A stretch of 62,279 nt of DNA, filler included, from Globobulimina sp. (taxonomy: Eukaryota): assembly GCA_003354225.1 (NCBI GenBank). It is 23 parts of 23 records of this genome, joined end to end, with 100 filler letters (N's around TTAATTAATTAA, not from the genome) between each part and the next. Parts side by side here need not be neighbours in the genome. Positions count along the whole stretch, not along the records: positions 1 to 2,614 come from PIVH01005715.1; positions 2,715 to 5,328 come from PIVH01005716.1; positions 5,429 to 8,042 come from PIVH01005717.1; positions 8,143 to 10,756 come from PIVH01005718.1; positions 10,857 to 13,470 come from PIVH01005719.1; 18 more parts are not named here. One strand, written 5' to 3'. Positions 1 through 11,283 of this stretch are shown piece by piece. The translations under genes were made by a program, and so were the position numbers. The notes beneath the pieces are model-generated. The model was not told where the DNA came from. It saw nothing but the letters and a program-made list of their open reading frames with translations, and did not search any database. The stretch's first letter is position 1. Every line of letters begins with the position of its first letter.

Positions 1-1
1 C

Positions 2-2614
2 ACGAAGCAACTCTGCTTCATCACCGATATCTTACAGGGCGGCTCCTTACGCGAATACATCCGGCAACGCAAAATCGGTTTAGGTCGCTGCAAATCATGG
101 TGCCGCCAGATATTAGACGCCTTGGACTATCTACATTGCTCCTCGCCCGCCATCATCCATCGCGACTTGAAATGCGACAACATTTTCATCGACGGGCCCT
201 CCGGCAACATCACCATTGGCGACTTAGGGCTATCCACGCAATACGCGAGCACCAATTACCTCGGCCACGAGAAGGGAATGAGCATCGTGGGCACGCCCGA
301 ATTTATGGCGCCTGAGCTGTACGAGGAGCAATATGACGAGAAAGTGGATATTTATGCCTTTGGGATGTGTGTTCTAGAAATGGTGTCCAAGAAATACCCC
401 TACGAGGTATGTGTAATTGTGTGTCTGCTATGCCTCACTCCCACTGTGTGTCTGTGCGTACACAGGAATGTACGAACCAGATCCAAGTGATACGAAAAGT
501 GACTGACAAGAAGCAACCGGACATCCTGCGTAAATTGCATCGCTATGTACGTACATTTATCGAGCTATGTATCGACAATGAGCCCAAGAAACGGCCCTCG
601 GCCAAGGAGTTATTGGCGCATCCTTTCCTTACATACATGGATGATTTGAAAAACAAGCTGCCAGCGTCTGATTTTGTGTTCAATGAGGACCGCATTGTCC
701 AGAGCTACAAGGAAATGGAGCAAATGGAGCAACAGAACACCAAGCAATTGACCACCATTCCAGAGCGGGAAGGTTCTAATTCGCCCTCTCCGTTGAATAA
801 GACCAAGCGGGTCAAGAAAAAGAAAAAAAAGTATGTGACGGGAACCGCGGTCTGCATCGAAAACGGCGGCAATATCAGCGTTCGCCTCAAAATACACCAC
901 GGTATGAATGGCGCTTTGTCACTGAGTGCAAGGATGATATCATAAATCGATTTGACTATGCTTCAAAACATTATACAGATAAAGAATCGCAAAAAGTCAA
1001 GTTCCAATACGATCCAAACACAGAAAATATCTCCAGCGTCGTGCGAGAGATGGTGGAGACGTTAGAATTGGACCAAACGCGCGAATATGAGATCGTAAAT
1101 GCCATCAAAACCAAACTAAACACTTTGGATTCCACAGCGACAGCGCCAACCACAGCCCCTTCCACTCAAGAAATCACACCGCAATTAGTACCGGGTGCGA
1201 ATCCCAAGGCATCGCCGCCATTGTTGCACCATCCCCATCCTACCACACCCGCTCCATTACAGAGCTCACCGCATAGATATCCCCAACAACAACGCTCGTT
1301 ATCCTCGCAAGCACCGAGTAACATGACATTGACCAATACGCACAATACGAGTACGAACAACCCGCATTCTGCCAAACCGTCCGACTCGTCGCCAGTGGGC
1401 GGGCAGAAGAATACAGCTTTTGCGTATACAGAGACGAACAACGTTAGTGTCATGCCGGTGACCTCGATATTGAATCATCATAATGCGTTGGCGGGGAAAC
1501 GTAAATTGGACACAAGCACGCAATCGATCTCTGCGCCAGTAACGCCCGGACATTCGCCGCCGACGGAGAAGAATATTATGAGCAAATTACGACCCATCGG
1601 CGGTGGCTATAGCTCAGACAACACGGAATACCACCCCTCGACCTCTCCGGTGGAACACACCAACTTACCACAGCATGTAGCTGGCACTGAGAGTATCGAG
1701 ATGCCACAGACGAATGTGATCAAAGCAAAACCGCCTAAATTAGTCAGCGATTCCTTGTTGGACCAAATTATGGCGCTGCCCCGGCAAACTATAAAAGCCC
1801 GCATTAAGCAATTTGGTGGCAATGTCGACGACGATGATGAAACGCGCATTTTAGTGACGAAATTGTTTCAATTATTATCCGAAAACACCAAACGGTCCAC
1901 CTCCAACACTGACGACCAAACTATATCTACGTCTGCCTCTGGATCCGCGTTGATGGTCAATCCGCATCACAATAATTTGAATACGGGCAATATCTCGCAC
2001 ACTCATAACAATTTAAATGCGCCTGCCATGACTTTGGGTAATTTAAATCCGAGTTATCCCTCTATTCCAAGCATACATACCACGGCGCCATCGCTAGCTA
2101 TTCTAAATAAAGCATCCTCCACAGATAACGAGGACGTAATTGTACAGCAATCCAATTCCGTGCTCATGCATCACAATATGGGCAGTGTGCCACATAGCGG
2201 TCTCACCGCACACAATAATTCGCTGTTAAATGTCGACATTTTAGGCAATTTGAATCCACACAAATCCGCTTATAACGCGTCCTCTGTGCCCAGCACAAAT
2301 GCGCCGCCGCGCATCAATAACATACAAAGCCAGCCGCAATTACAACTGCAACGCACCAATATCACCAACATCGTCGCTATGTCGCCTACCAACGAATTAG
2401 TATACCAACAGCGGCAAATCTCGCAAGAATCAAACAAATCCGTATCACATCCCACGCATAGCACACATTCGCAGGACTCGCCGCGTTCCAACACCATCCA
2501 TCAACGCGCGCAGAATACCGCCATCTCAACGGTATTACGTGATCACAACGTGATTGGCTTTAACACCTACGGTGAACAGTTCAACGGCATGCACCTCAAC
2601 CAAACCTTCACCGG
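2..2614 (+). CDS. WNK: WNK-family Ser/Thr kinase, partial at both ends, 2 introns (407-465, 902-978)
   Basis: WCRQIL..LDYLH, IIHRDLKCDNIFIDG, IGDLGL, GTPEFMAPELYEEQYDEKVDIYAFGMC, YPYE|EC are WNK-typical. A CCT-like segment (KVKFQYDP..ENISSVVREMV) is followed by a long low-complexity tail. Both GT-AG introns restore the frame. Confidence 0.92.
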
Positions 2615-2714
2615 NNNNNNNNNNNNNNNNNNNNNNNNNNNNNNNNNNNNNNNNNNNNTTAATTAATTAANNNNNNNNNNNNNNNNNNNNNNNNNNNNNN
2701 NNNNNNNNNNNNNN
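2615..2714. other. Artificial contig linker (first of 22 identical copies)
   Basis: N44-TTAATTAATTAA-N44, 100 bp. Further copies start at 5329, 8043, 10757, 13471, 16185, 18898, 21611, 24323, 27035, 29747, 32459, 35171, 37883, 40595, 43306, 46017, 48728, 51439, 54150, 56860, 59570. Contig lengths fall monotonically from 2614 to 2610 bp. Confidence 0.99.
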
Positions 2715-2987
2715 AATAATAAGAAAGCGTATTTTTTAGCATTAATGTTGGATAATAACACTGTCATTCAATTGACTGACTTTTATCAAACAAAATTAAC
2801 AGATGAAAAATAAGTGCTTCTTTCAGTTTGTGTGTGTGTTTGTGTCCCGTTTACATTGTATAAATATTAATTTACATAAAAAAAAAACTTTAATATTGTT
2901 TTGATTGGAATTTTAATTCCGAGCGCGAGGATATATATTATGTGGAAACACATGATAAAACATTTTGTGCAGAAACCTTACTTTTTA

Positions 2988-3690
2988 ATGGCTACAAAAC
3001 AATCTGGAACATGCGTTGCTTACACAGCAAACTCACACACTGCGTTTAATTTTGACTCCATCAAATCTATTCATAAATCTGTACAATATTCTGTTTATGG
3101 ATATGTTCGACGCTGTCAATTACTACTTCCATCAAATAATTCATATTTAATACAATATTCCTGAATTAATTAGTTGCATCATATTGTTTTATTACAACCA
3201 TCCGGAATGTTTTGAGATTAACAATAGCACAATATTTCACTATCTAAGTGCTAAACATCCTTATTGCTTTCATATATTTAGTACAAAACGTATCGAAAGG
3301 AAATATATCAAAGAATATGAATGGAAAATCAAAACTAGCGAATCCTATGAAGGAACCTTGGGAATTATGGATGACACAAAAAATCAAACAAAATCTGTTC
3401 GAAATAAACAATCTCTTTGGAATTGCAGCAAACATTGTACTGCTTTTGCAGGGACAGCAAAAGGAGGATGGAGTGGAGATATGTTTGGTGGTAACCACAG
3501 TGGCATGAGTTGTTTTGTTGAGAGAGGGGATACAATAACAATCCATTTAAATTATACAACCAACAGAATATCTTTTGCATCATTGAAAGCTGACGAAACA
3601 ATATTTGAAACTTTAAAAGAGGACATTGAATGTGTTAGATTGGTTGCAGAGTTTGGTTATGCCGACTCCACCATAGAGCTAATTCAATAA
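2988..3690 (+). pseudogene. SPRY/B30.2-like protein with a frameshift near 3147
   Basis: VYGYVRRCQ..NNSY continues as YNIPELISCIILFYY in another frame. SPRY-like features: YEWKIK, GDTITIHLN..ISF. Confidence 0.55.
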
Positions 3691-3790
3691 ACACTCACAA
3701 TGACCACAAATAGCATATAGTATTCACTAAGCTAGGTTTTTGTTACTGAAGTCAATTAATTACAACAAAGATTTTAAAATGTATAAGCTG

Positions 3791-4924
3791 TTATTTTTGA
3801 CATTGAAGTAACCAAACATCGGTGTATGCATTTTGATAATTTTCACCAAATCCGAGCTGCTTCAATTTCTGTCTACCATCTGGACCATCATCACACCATC
3901 GAATCGATTTTAACAACTCGATATTTTTAGGCTCCATATTCACCAATTTTTTATATAAACTAAATATTTCATCTTTGCTATTAATGGAAAATGGCGATTT
4001 ATATCGCTGTGCTTCATCGCGATCATTGATATCATATCGCTCTGTCACCAATAATATATTGCATTTCCTCGCAATTACATTCTGCATCAAATATAAATAT
4101 TGTTTCCTGCGTTTTGGATTTATAACAGATAATGATTGGTTATCATAAATCGCATCGGCTCGTAATACCAATCGCGGCATTGATGCATCAAAAATATCAC
4201 AATTTATTAAATTATAGTTTTCATGCTTATAAATATGGATTTTGCTAAATACGTCATCGTCAATTTGATACGATGATAAATTCGATGGTCCGAAATTATA
4301 CTCGCCGTTATAATCAATGCTATCAACGTCAATTTCCTTCTCTTTCATATCTACTTTGTCTAAAAACATTTGGATCGCATCTTTGGAGGCCTCCACGCCA
4401 ATTACTTTGAGTCGATATTGTTTTGCTATATCATCTGAATCTGTTTCTGATTTAATTTTGTTTGTTATAAAATCGTTTATAATTTCCAAGTCTTCGTTAG
4501 CTCCGCATAGCGGTACAAATACACGGATACTTTTGACCTGCGCCGGATTGGATAATTTGCACAATTTAGGCGTTAATAGTTTCAAATATTCATCGTTATC
4601 TGAGTGAGTATACCCGTTTAAAACTGGAACTTTGCGTTTTATAAAATTTCAATTTAAGAGCCATATAAAAGCAAAGTGGTTTTAAGCGATATACTTACTG
4701 TCTGTGGTTAAAACACTTTTATTTTTGGGATATTCCCATGGTGGTCTCACCATTGATGGATATTTTGATCTATATTCGGTCCATTTATTATTCCAATATT
4801 CAATATCTGTTGGCTTGTTTTGATAGGAATACATCACCAACAATCCGGCGCCGCCACCCAATAACATGGAAAAAGCAGTGGCGCCAAATATCATGGAATT
4901 CCCTTTGAAAATTGCGGATAGCAT
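3791..4924 (-). CDS. Thiopurine S-methyltransferase-like SAM methyltransferase with N-terminal membrane anchor; intron 4624-4698
   Basis: YWNNKW..PPW, RVFVPLCG, VIGVEAS..AI..F, CDIFD, DAIYD..SL..INP.RR..Y. A GTAAGT...CAG intron joins ORFs 4682-5023 and 3791-4585 in frame. Confidence 0.85.
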
Positions 4925-5428
4925 TGTGGAAATTTCCAGAAAAAGAGTAGCAAACACAATGTTGAAAACTTTGTAGAAAGCACTAGCTGCAATATCGTTC
5001 AATAGAAATATAGATAATAACAATATTCACAGACAACAACAGAAAAGAAACACATGCAACAAAAAACAATTAAACGTTGTTCGCTCAATATACAACAAAC
5101 AAAGAATACGTACACGTACGACTTGTATATTAATTCAAACATTAGCTGATCGAACAACTAATTAATTAATTATGACTAATATAATAAGCAGGCAATGGTG
5201 AAAAAACCGGAGAACGGCCAGTATTCTCGACACCATCATTAATTACAACCAATTCATTCATCGCTATCACATTCATAGTCATTCCAAATTGTCCCTCACT
5301 GACTGGCGTATTCAACATATTTTTCGCTNNNNNNNNNNNNNNNNNNNNNNNNNNNNNNNNNNNNNNNNNNNNTTAATTAATTAANNNNNNNNNNNNNNNN
5401 NNNNNNNNNNNNNNNNNNNNNNNNNNNN

Positions 5429-6104
5429 TAAAAACGTTACCTTTTTGAAATGAACTCTGTTTGTTTGCGGGCTGTCAGAACAAAAGTATAACATATATAA
5501 CAGAAACAATTCAGTTTGCTAGAGGTAATAAGCAGTGCAAAGGGAGCAAAAAATATATATTTAAATCCACGGGAAATATTCATTTAATGATGGTATGGAA
5601 TTAAAACAAACAAAAGTGGTATTATTTCAGTGGTATTATTTTGAATAGATACTGCATATACTTTTGCCACCATAAATCCGTTGCAATATATGACCGGAAA
5701 CTACTTCATATGAGCAACACTTTCGATATGAGCGACAAATAAATATTAATTCAATTAGCTATAGCTAGATAAATACACAAATCTATGGTGATAATACATT
5801 ATATATTGAATAACCATTGAATGTGTACCATCACAATCGATAATTATCAGAAGCCAGCGGGAAATCAATTTGTTTTATGCGCCGTGTTGATGGATAATGA
5901 AATACACAATGAATTAAAATATATTGATGATATCAAATATTTACAATCTGTATTGCATAATATTAAATATATAATCACTTTGCACTGCTTATTGCCTCTA
6001 GCAAACTGAATTGTTTCTGTTATATATTAACACTTTTGTTCTGACAGCCCGCAAACAAACAGAGTTCATTTCAAAAAGGTAACGTTTTTACGAAAAGAGC
6101 CACC
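5429..6104. mobile_element. Non-autonomous element with ~113-bp terminal inverted repeats (left arm cut by contig start)
   Basis: 5429-5542 is the near-perfect reverse complement of 5978-6090, with a few differences near AAAAGTATAACAT. The AT-rich interior has no convincing ORF. Confidence 0.8.
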
Positions 6105-6218
6105 TTGATTTTGCTCATGATCAACTTTTTTTAATCATTTGTGAATTGTTAGAGAAAAAGCTTAAGTAAATGACAACACAAAATATAAAACAAAATGTAC
6201 AAACATTCTTAAATATTA

Positions 6219-7313
6219 TTATTTTTGTGTATTTATTTTATGATTCGGTTTATAAAAGCTAGTTTGTGTCAATATCTCAATTTTTTGGTTTCCAATAATA
6301 TCATTATTATTTACTATCAATGGCCAAACATAGTACAGAATTCGTGGACATTTCATATTTGATCCGGAGACTCTTAAATGTATATCTTGATTAAATTGAC
6401 GATTTTGTATTTCATCAACTCTCCAAAATGAAGGGTAAAATTTTAAATCTGATAAAAGCATCACCCAACAAAAATTACAACATTTATTGATAAATCGCAT
6501 AATTTCAACAATCTCTTCGCTCTCTGATGCCAAATTAAATATATTTAATGCAATCTCTTTATGATAATATTCATTGCAATGCGCTTTTAAAGCACATAAA
6601 ATATCCAATGCTATGTCCTCATTGTTGTTGTCCTTTTGTTTATATCCTTTTTTTTTGGTAGAATTATATGTTTGCATTAAAATATTAAACATGAGTTCAT
6701 GGCAAATCTGATTTGAATAAAATTTATTATATTTATATTTATTTTGAATGAAAGTTTTCAAAACATTTATAGTTTGCGTATATATGTCATCTCTGATATC
6801 GTGAAACATCCATAATGTCTCTTGAAATAACGGTGTTTGTTTTTTATTCATTTTATTCAGTTCATCTAATTTAAGTATTAATTTTTTGCATTGTTCCCGA
6901 TATGGTAATAATGCTTTGATTGTATCATCTTTTCGAGAAATAACATTTTTTAATCGATTTATTTCATTTTTATTGGAGGTTTGTGTATGTTTTAACGTGT
7001 TATAACATTCTTGAACGTGTTGATTTTCATTATGAAGTTCTTTTATTTTTTTTCTGGTTTGATTTGCTAATTTATGTTCATTTAATGTTAATAAATTATT
7101 TCTTTCTTCTAATTCTTGCTTTTCATGTTTTAATTCTTCATTTTTACGGCGTAATTTACCATTTGCGATCTGTAGTTTGTTACATTTTAAATTCTTTTCG
7201 CGTAAAATCCGTCTTAAATGTCTTATTTCGTCCTGGGGGTTGGTCAAATGAGAATGTTGTCGTAACAGATAGGCTTCCGGTTCAATTGTGTCACCAAGAC
7301 ATTTAAAATTCAT
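6219..7313 (-). CDS. Coiled-coil protein with Mieap/SPATA18-like C-terminal domain
   Basis: Long heptad-rich N-terminus. C-terminal FINKCCNFCWVMLL...FNQDIH...GS...ILYYVWPLI resembles the Mieap C-terminal domain. Confidence 0.55.
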   Translation of the reverse strand: MNFKCLGDTIEPEAYLLRQHSHLTNPQDEIRHLRRILREKNLKCNKLQIANGKLRRKNEELKHEKQELEERNNLLTLNEHKLANQTRKKIKELHNENQHVQECYNTLKHTQTSNKNEINRLKNVISRKDDTIKALLPYREQCKKLILKLDELNKMNKKQTPLFQETLWMFHDIRDDIYTQTINVLKTFIQNKYKYNKFYSNQICHELMFNILMQTYNSTKKKGYKQKDNNNEDIALDILCALKAHCNEYYHKEIALNIFNLASESEEIVEIMRFINKCCNFCWVMLLSDLKFYPSFWRVDEIQNRQFNQDIHLRVSGSNMKCPRILYYVWPLIVNNNDIIGNQKIEILTQTSFYKPNHKINTQK

Positions 7314-7421
7314 ATTAAAAACACATGTAAGTAAGCTAAAAACTTAATAGCTCACAGCTTCATGGGCTTCTTAACAAAAAGTAGAGGCAAAAAAAGGAAA
7401 TTCAAACCTCCCAAATCAATC

Positions 7422-8042
7422 ATGCAGGTTCTGTATTCATTATATTCTAAGAATTAATTAGTTGGAAACCAAACAAAACAAACAACAGTCCGCTAATTCT
7501 TCATCAATTGGCAATGATACAAATCCATGTCAACCACCGTTAAAAAAACAAAAAGCATCTACCAATCCACCAAAAAATAATAATAATAAAAATTCCAAAG
7601 AAAATTTCAATCCAAACCGTTCAAATAAATCACCGCCAAAAAAACGCCCATTATTTAAAAAACCGCGCAGAAATTCGGACGAATCGCCATTGGAATTTGC
7701 CAAAAAGCGCCAAGAAGCAGCAAATGATAAATATGGTGGGCCACGGACTTGGACAGTATTTCATTGTAAACGGTCAAATAAAAAACATAAAAATTACTTG
7801 GATGGCATATTAAGACATGACGGTAAAAAATTATATCTTTTTGACGTTGATTCCGCCAAACAAATAACCACTGCTTTATGGACCAAACACTTCCAACAAA
7901 AAATCGACAAAGATGAACCAATTTATTTTGGCTCCTTTCAAGTTGAAATCGACTCAAAAATTCCTGAAAATCAATATCAATCTGGACAGTGTTTCAACCA
8001 ATCAATAATTCCCGCAAATACATCGATATCCGCTGTCAATCG
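7422..8042 (+). CDS. DUF2439 (ZGRF1/Rad54B N-terminal-like) protein, 3' truncated; intron 7428-7461
   Basis: WTVFHCKRSNKKHKNYLDGIL..LYLFD..FGSFQVEID. ATG CAG|GTTCTGT...TAG|TTG supplies an ATG start for the TTG-started ORF. Confidence 0.7.
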
Positions 8043-8182
8043 NNNNNNNNNNNNNNNNNNNNNNNNNNNNNNNNNNNNNNNNNNNNTTAATTAATTAANN
8101 NNNNNNNNNNNNNNNNNNNNNNNNNNNNNNNNNNNNNNNNNNCATGTTTGGATTTACCTGTCAATTTGTGAACAGCAAATCA

Positions 8183-9529
8183 ATGGACACAAAGAATGAC
8201 CAAACCAAAATGCCATGGAAGTCTATACAAGAATTATCCAACTTGCTTCGTAAAATAGGCAATGGATTCCGAACTCTTGATGAATTTGATGGTTCTGTAA
8301 ACAAACTAAATAATGTTTTAAAAATACTGAATGAAACAGATGCATTGAACAAATGTATTTGGCTCATACACATTAATGAGAATAAAATGTGCATTCGAGA
8401 TTTAATATTTGTCCACATCCAAACTATTGGACATGTTTTCCTGCAAAATGACCAACAAAACGCCACCAAATCACTGAAAACAGACATAAAAAATTACCAA
8501 AACTTTTTCAAATATTTATCCAAATTATTATCATCCGATTCATTTAATTTATTCACTAGAAAGCAAATAAAAAAACTTAAACAAATTACAGAATCAGTAA
8601 GAAATTATAAAAAAGATAATCAAATGTCAATCATTGAAAAACAGCATAATTTATTAAAACAGAAACAGAATGAATGTAAAATGGATACTGATGTTATTCA
8701 AAGATTGCAAGCAAAGCTTACTCCAAAAAGATTGAGTCGATGTGAAATGGTATTAAAACAAAGAACGGATCGAATTATTTTAGTATTGGACCAATGTTAC
8801 GATGTTCGCAATCAATGCGCTATGTTGCGGACTGCGGAGCTATTCGGAATACAAAATATTTGGATGGTTAAACCTGTAAATTATAAAAATATGAAAGTGC
8901 ATAACTCTGTTTCCCGCCATGCACAGTTATGGTTAACATTGAGATATTTTAATTCTTCATTGGAATGTATTCATGCTTTAAAAAAGGAAAAGGAAAATAT
9001 GAAAATCTGGGTCATGGATATTGGCAAAGGTGCATTGGAATTATCTACGGAAATAATTGATGAATATAGAAATAAGAAACGCATATTTCCACAGCATTTA
9101 GCTGTTGTAATGGGCAAAGAAGCGGAAGGGCCAAGTGCGGAGTTTCTAAAATGTTGTGATGGAAAAGTATATTTGCCACAGTTTGGGTTTTGTGAATCAT
9201 ACAATGTCTCTGTGGCCTGCGCATTGGGATTGCAATGTATATTTTCAATGGATGCAACCATCAGAGGCACAATGAGTGAAATTGAAAGGAATAAATTAAG
9301 ATATTTGTGGTATTATCAGTTAGTGAATGATAAGGAAATAAAACAAGAAATGGGAGAGTTAATAAACAAAACAATTGAATTGAATGGAAATAATAATAAT
9401 ATGAATAATGATTTTCGAAGGGATGGATTTGAACATTGGGATTCAAACAAAATAAACTTTAAATTGAGAAAGAAACTCGAACAACAACAAACACTCAATT
9501 TCTTGCAACAAGCGAATGATAATGACTAG
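8183..9529 (+). CDS. SpoU/TrmH-family RNA 2'-O-methyltransferase with N-terminal extension
   Basis: SPOUT motifs: ILVLD...N..AMLRTAELFG, AVVMGKEAEG.S, VYLPQFGFCESYNVSVA. Confidence 0.9.
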   Translation: MDTKNDQTKMPWKSIQELSNLLRKIGNGFRTLDEFDGSVNKLNNVLKILNETDALNKCIWLIHINENKMCIRDLIFVHIQTIGHVFLQNDQQNATKSLKTDIKNYQNFFKYLSKLLSSDSFNLFTRKQIKKLKQITESVRNYKKDNQMSIIEKQHNLLKQKQNECKMDTDVIQRLQAKLTPKRLSRCEMVLKQRTDRIILVLDQCYDVRNQCAMLRTAELFGIQNIWMVKPVNYKNMKVHNSVSRHAQLWLTLRYFNSSLECIHALKKEKENMKIWVMDIGKGALELSTEIIDEYRNKKRIFPQHLAVVMGKEAEGPSAEFLKCCDGKVYLPQFGFCESYNVSVACALGLQCIFSMDATIRGTMSEIERNKLRYLWYYQLVNDKEIKQEMGELINKTIELNGNNNNMNNDFRRDGFEHWDSNKINFKLRKKLEQQQTLNFLQQANDND

Positions 9530-10008
9530 CTCGTACATAATTAAAGAATCACATATCTGAGCCGGTTGATCTCGAGCAAAGCTCTCGACGACGGATAGAA
9601 AATGTTTTTTACACAATTCATCAAAGACAGTCAATACCACTCTGATTTAACTTGTCTCGGTATTATCCTCAGTAATTTGGCGTACATATTATGAATGGTT
9701 ATTCTCGAACCCTTTGGGTTCTCGAACATTTTATTATTAGTATTAATTATTGTATTTTATTTTGTTTTGTTTCGTATGGTTTGTTTTGTTATTTTGTTTT
9801 TGTTTCATATGGTTTTTAATATACAAAAAACAAAATTCCCATAAACAAACACATTGTACACAGAATACACAAATAAATCTGCTTCGCCTCGGCAAATAAC
9901 TTTTAAATTTCAGAAACCTCAGGGATATTATATAATTTGCTGCATTTTCCATACAAATGCAAATACATAACTATTCGCCTTTAATGATCCATTACTGGCG
10001 TAATTTGA

Positions 10009-10165
10009 GCACTGCAATCAGTGCACAACTATTGAGCTAATTTTAATTTTGGTGCTTGGACTTGTTCTTAGTTCCATTGCATGACTTGTGGTGATCGGAC
10101 TTCAACTTTTGGAGTTTAAATAATCGCTCACCACAATAAATTAGCTCAATAGTTGTCTGCAGTGC
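10009..10165. mobile_element. Palindromic MITE-like element (family shared with 60916-60979)
   Basis: Perfect 19-bp inverted repeat ACAACTATTGAGCTAATTT (10025-10043 / 10138-10156). Inner pair TTGTGGTGATCG / CGCTCACCACAA and outer pair GCACTGCA / TGCAGTGC. Confidence 0.75.
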
Positions 10166-10222
10166 AAAGTTTAGATGATTTAAATGTTGAAAACTAACAG
10201 TTTTGGCTTCTGAAGTCTAATA

Positions 10223-10756
10223 ATGGTGTCACAAGAGACAGTTTACATGACGGTAGCTATCAGTCTGACTGTATTTGGATCTATAGGTAATGCTCTGGGA
10301 TATGTATGGCAGAAAAGAGGACATTTGTTGCTCATTCAAGAAAATGAAATACGTAAAATACAACACGAAGAACTTAAACCATTAATAACGCATAGAATAT
10401 GGCTCATTGGATTCATTGTATGTCTTATCGGCTCTATTTCGACTGCGGTTGCATTTAAATTTGGGGCTCAATCAGTCTTATCACCACTGAGTGCACTGGT
10501 TTTAGTGTGGAATGCAATTCTCGCAAATAAAATTCTAGGCGAGTCTTTCACACGGAATAATTTATACGGAATCATATTGGTTATCATAGGAACAATTGTT
10601 GCTATTATTTTTGGGCCCAAATCTAGCACTGCGCCCATTACATTGTCATACATTGAGTCATGTTGGAGAAATCATATTTTTTTAATCTTTTTTATTGTAT
10701 TGAGTCTATTGCTGTTGATTGACTATGTTTTGCTGAATAGATTTGAAAAGAAAAAC
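10223..10756 (+). CDS. NIPA-family magnesium transporter, 3' truncated
   Basis: GNALGYVWQKRGH, IWLIGF, AFKFGAQSVLSPLSAL.LVWNAILA...LGE, FGPK. Confidence 0.88.
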
Positions 10757-10857
10757 NNNNNNNNNNNNNNNNNNNNNNNNNNNNNNNNNNNNNNNNNNNN
10801 TTAATTAATTAANNNNNNNNNNNNNNNNNNNNNNNNNNNNNNNNNNNNNNNNNNNNC

Positions 10858-11055
10858 ATCACAACTTACGTTATATTTATGGCTGAAAATAATTTGATAT
10901 CGGAAATGTTTGAGTTGAAGCAATTAATTATGCAATCCACGCATCAAGAAAAATTTAAGCAACTTATCAATGTATTAAGTGATGTTGACTACGAAATATA
11001 TCTGCAACAGGACTCCGCATCGCAGCTCTACCAACGTATTAAGTCTGTTGAATAA
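10858..11055 (+). CDS. C-terminal fragment of an unknown protein
   Basis: Open frame from the contig start (ITTYVIFMAENN...RIKSVE*). Confidence 0.4.
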   Translation: MTTYVIFMAENNLISEMFELKQLIMQSTHQEKFKQLINVLSDVDYEIYLQQDSASQLYQRIKSVE

Positions 11056-11283
11056 TACAATAGTGATACTTTGATTACTTGTGTATATGTTTTTAGATAT
11101 AGTACTTACTGCTTAACGATATATTCAGAAACTGTTTGCTATAGGTTTGTCTTGGGTTTGTTCTGTGTTTGTTATAACTTTGCAAATCGAGAACAAAGTC
11201 AGAACAAATTTATAATCCAAACGTTTAGTGCTTTCTATCAAAAAAGATGACAGTAAACGAAAGTGTAGCAACTTATGCACGCA

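Noticed and set aside
9697-9730. TTCTCGAAC direct repeat around a GAACCC-TTT-GGGTTC mini-hairpin
   Set aside because: Too short and single-copy to support a regulatory or mobile-element call.
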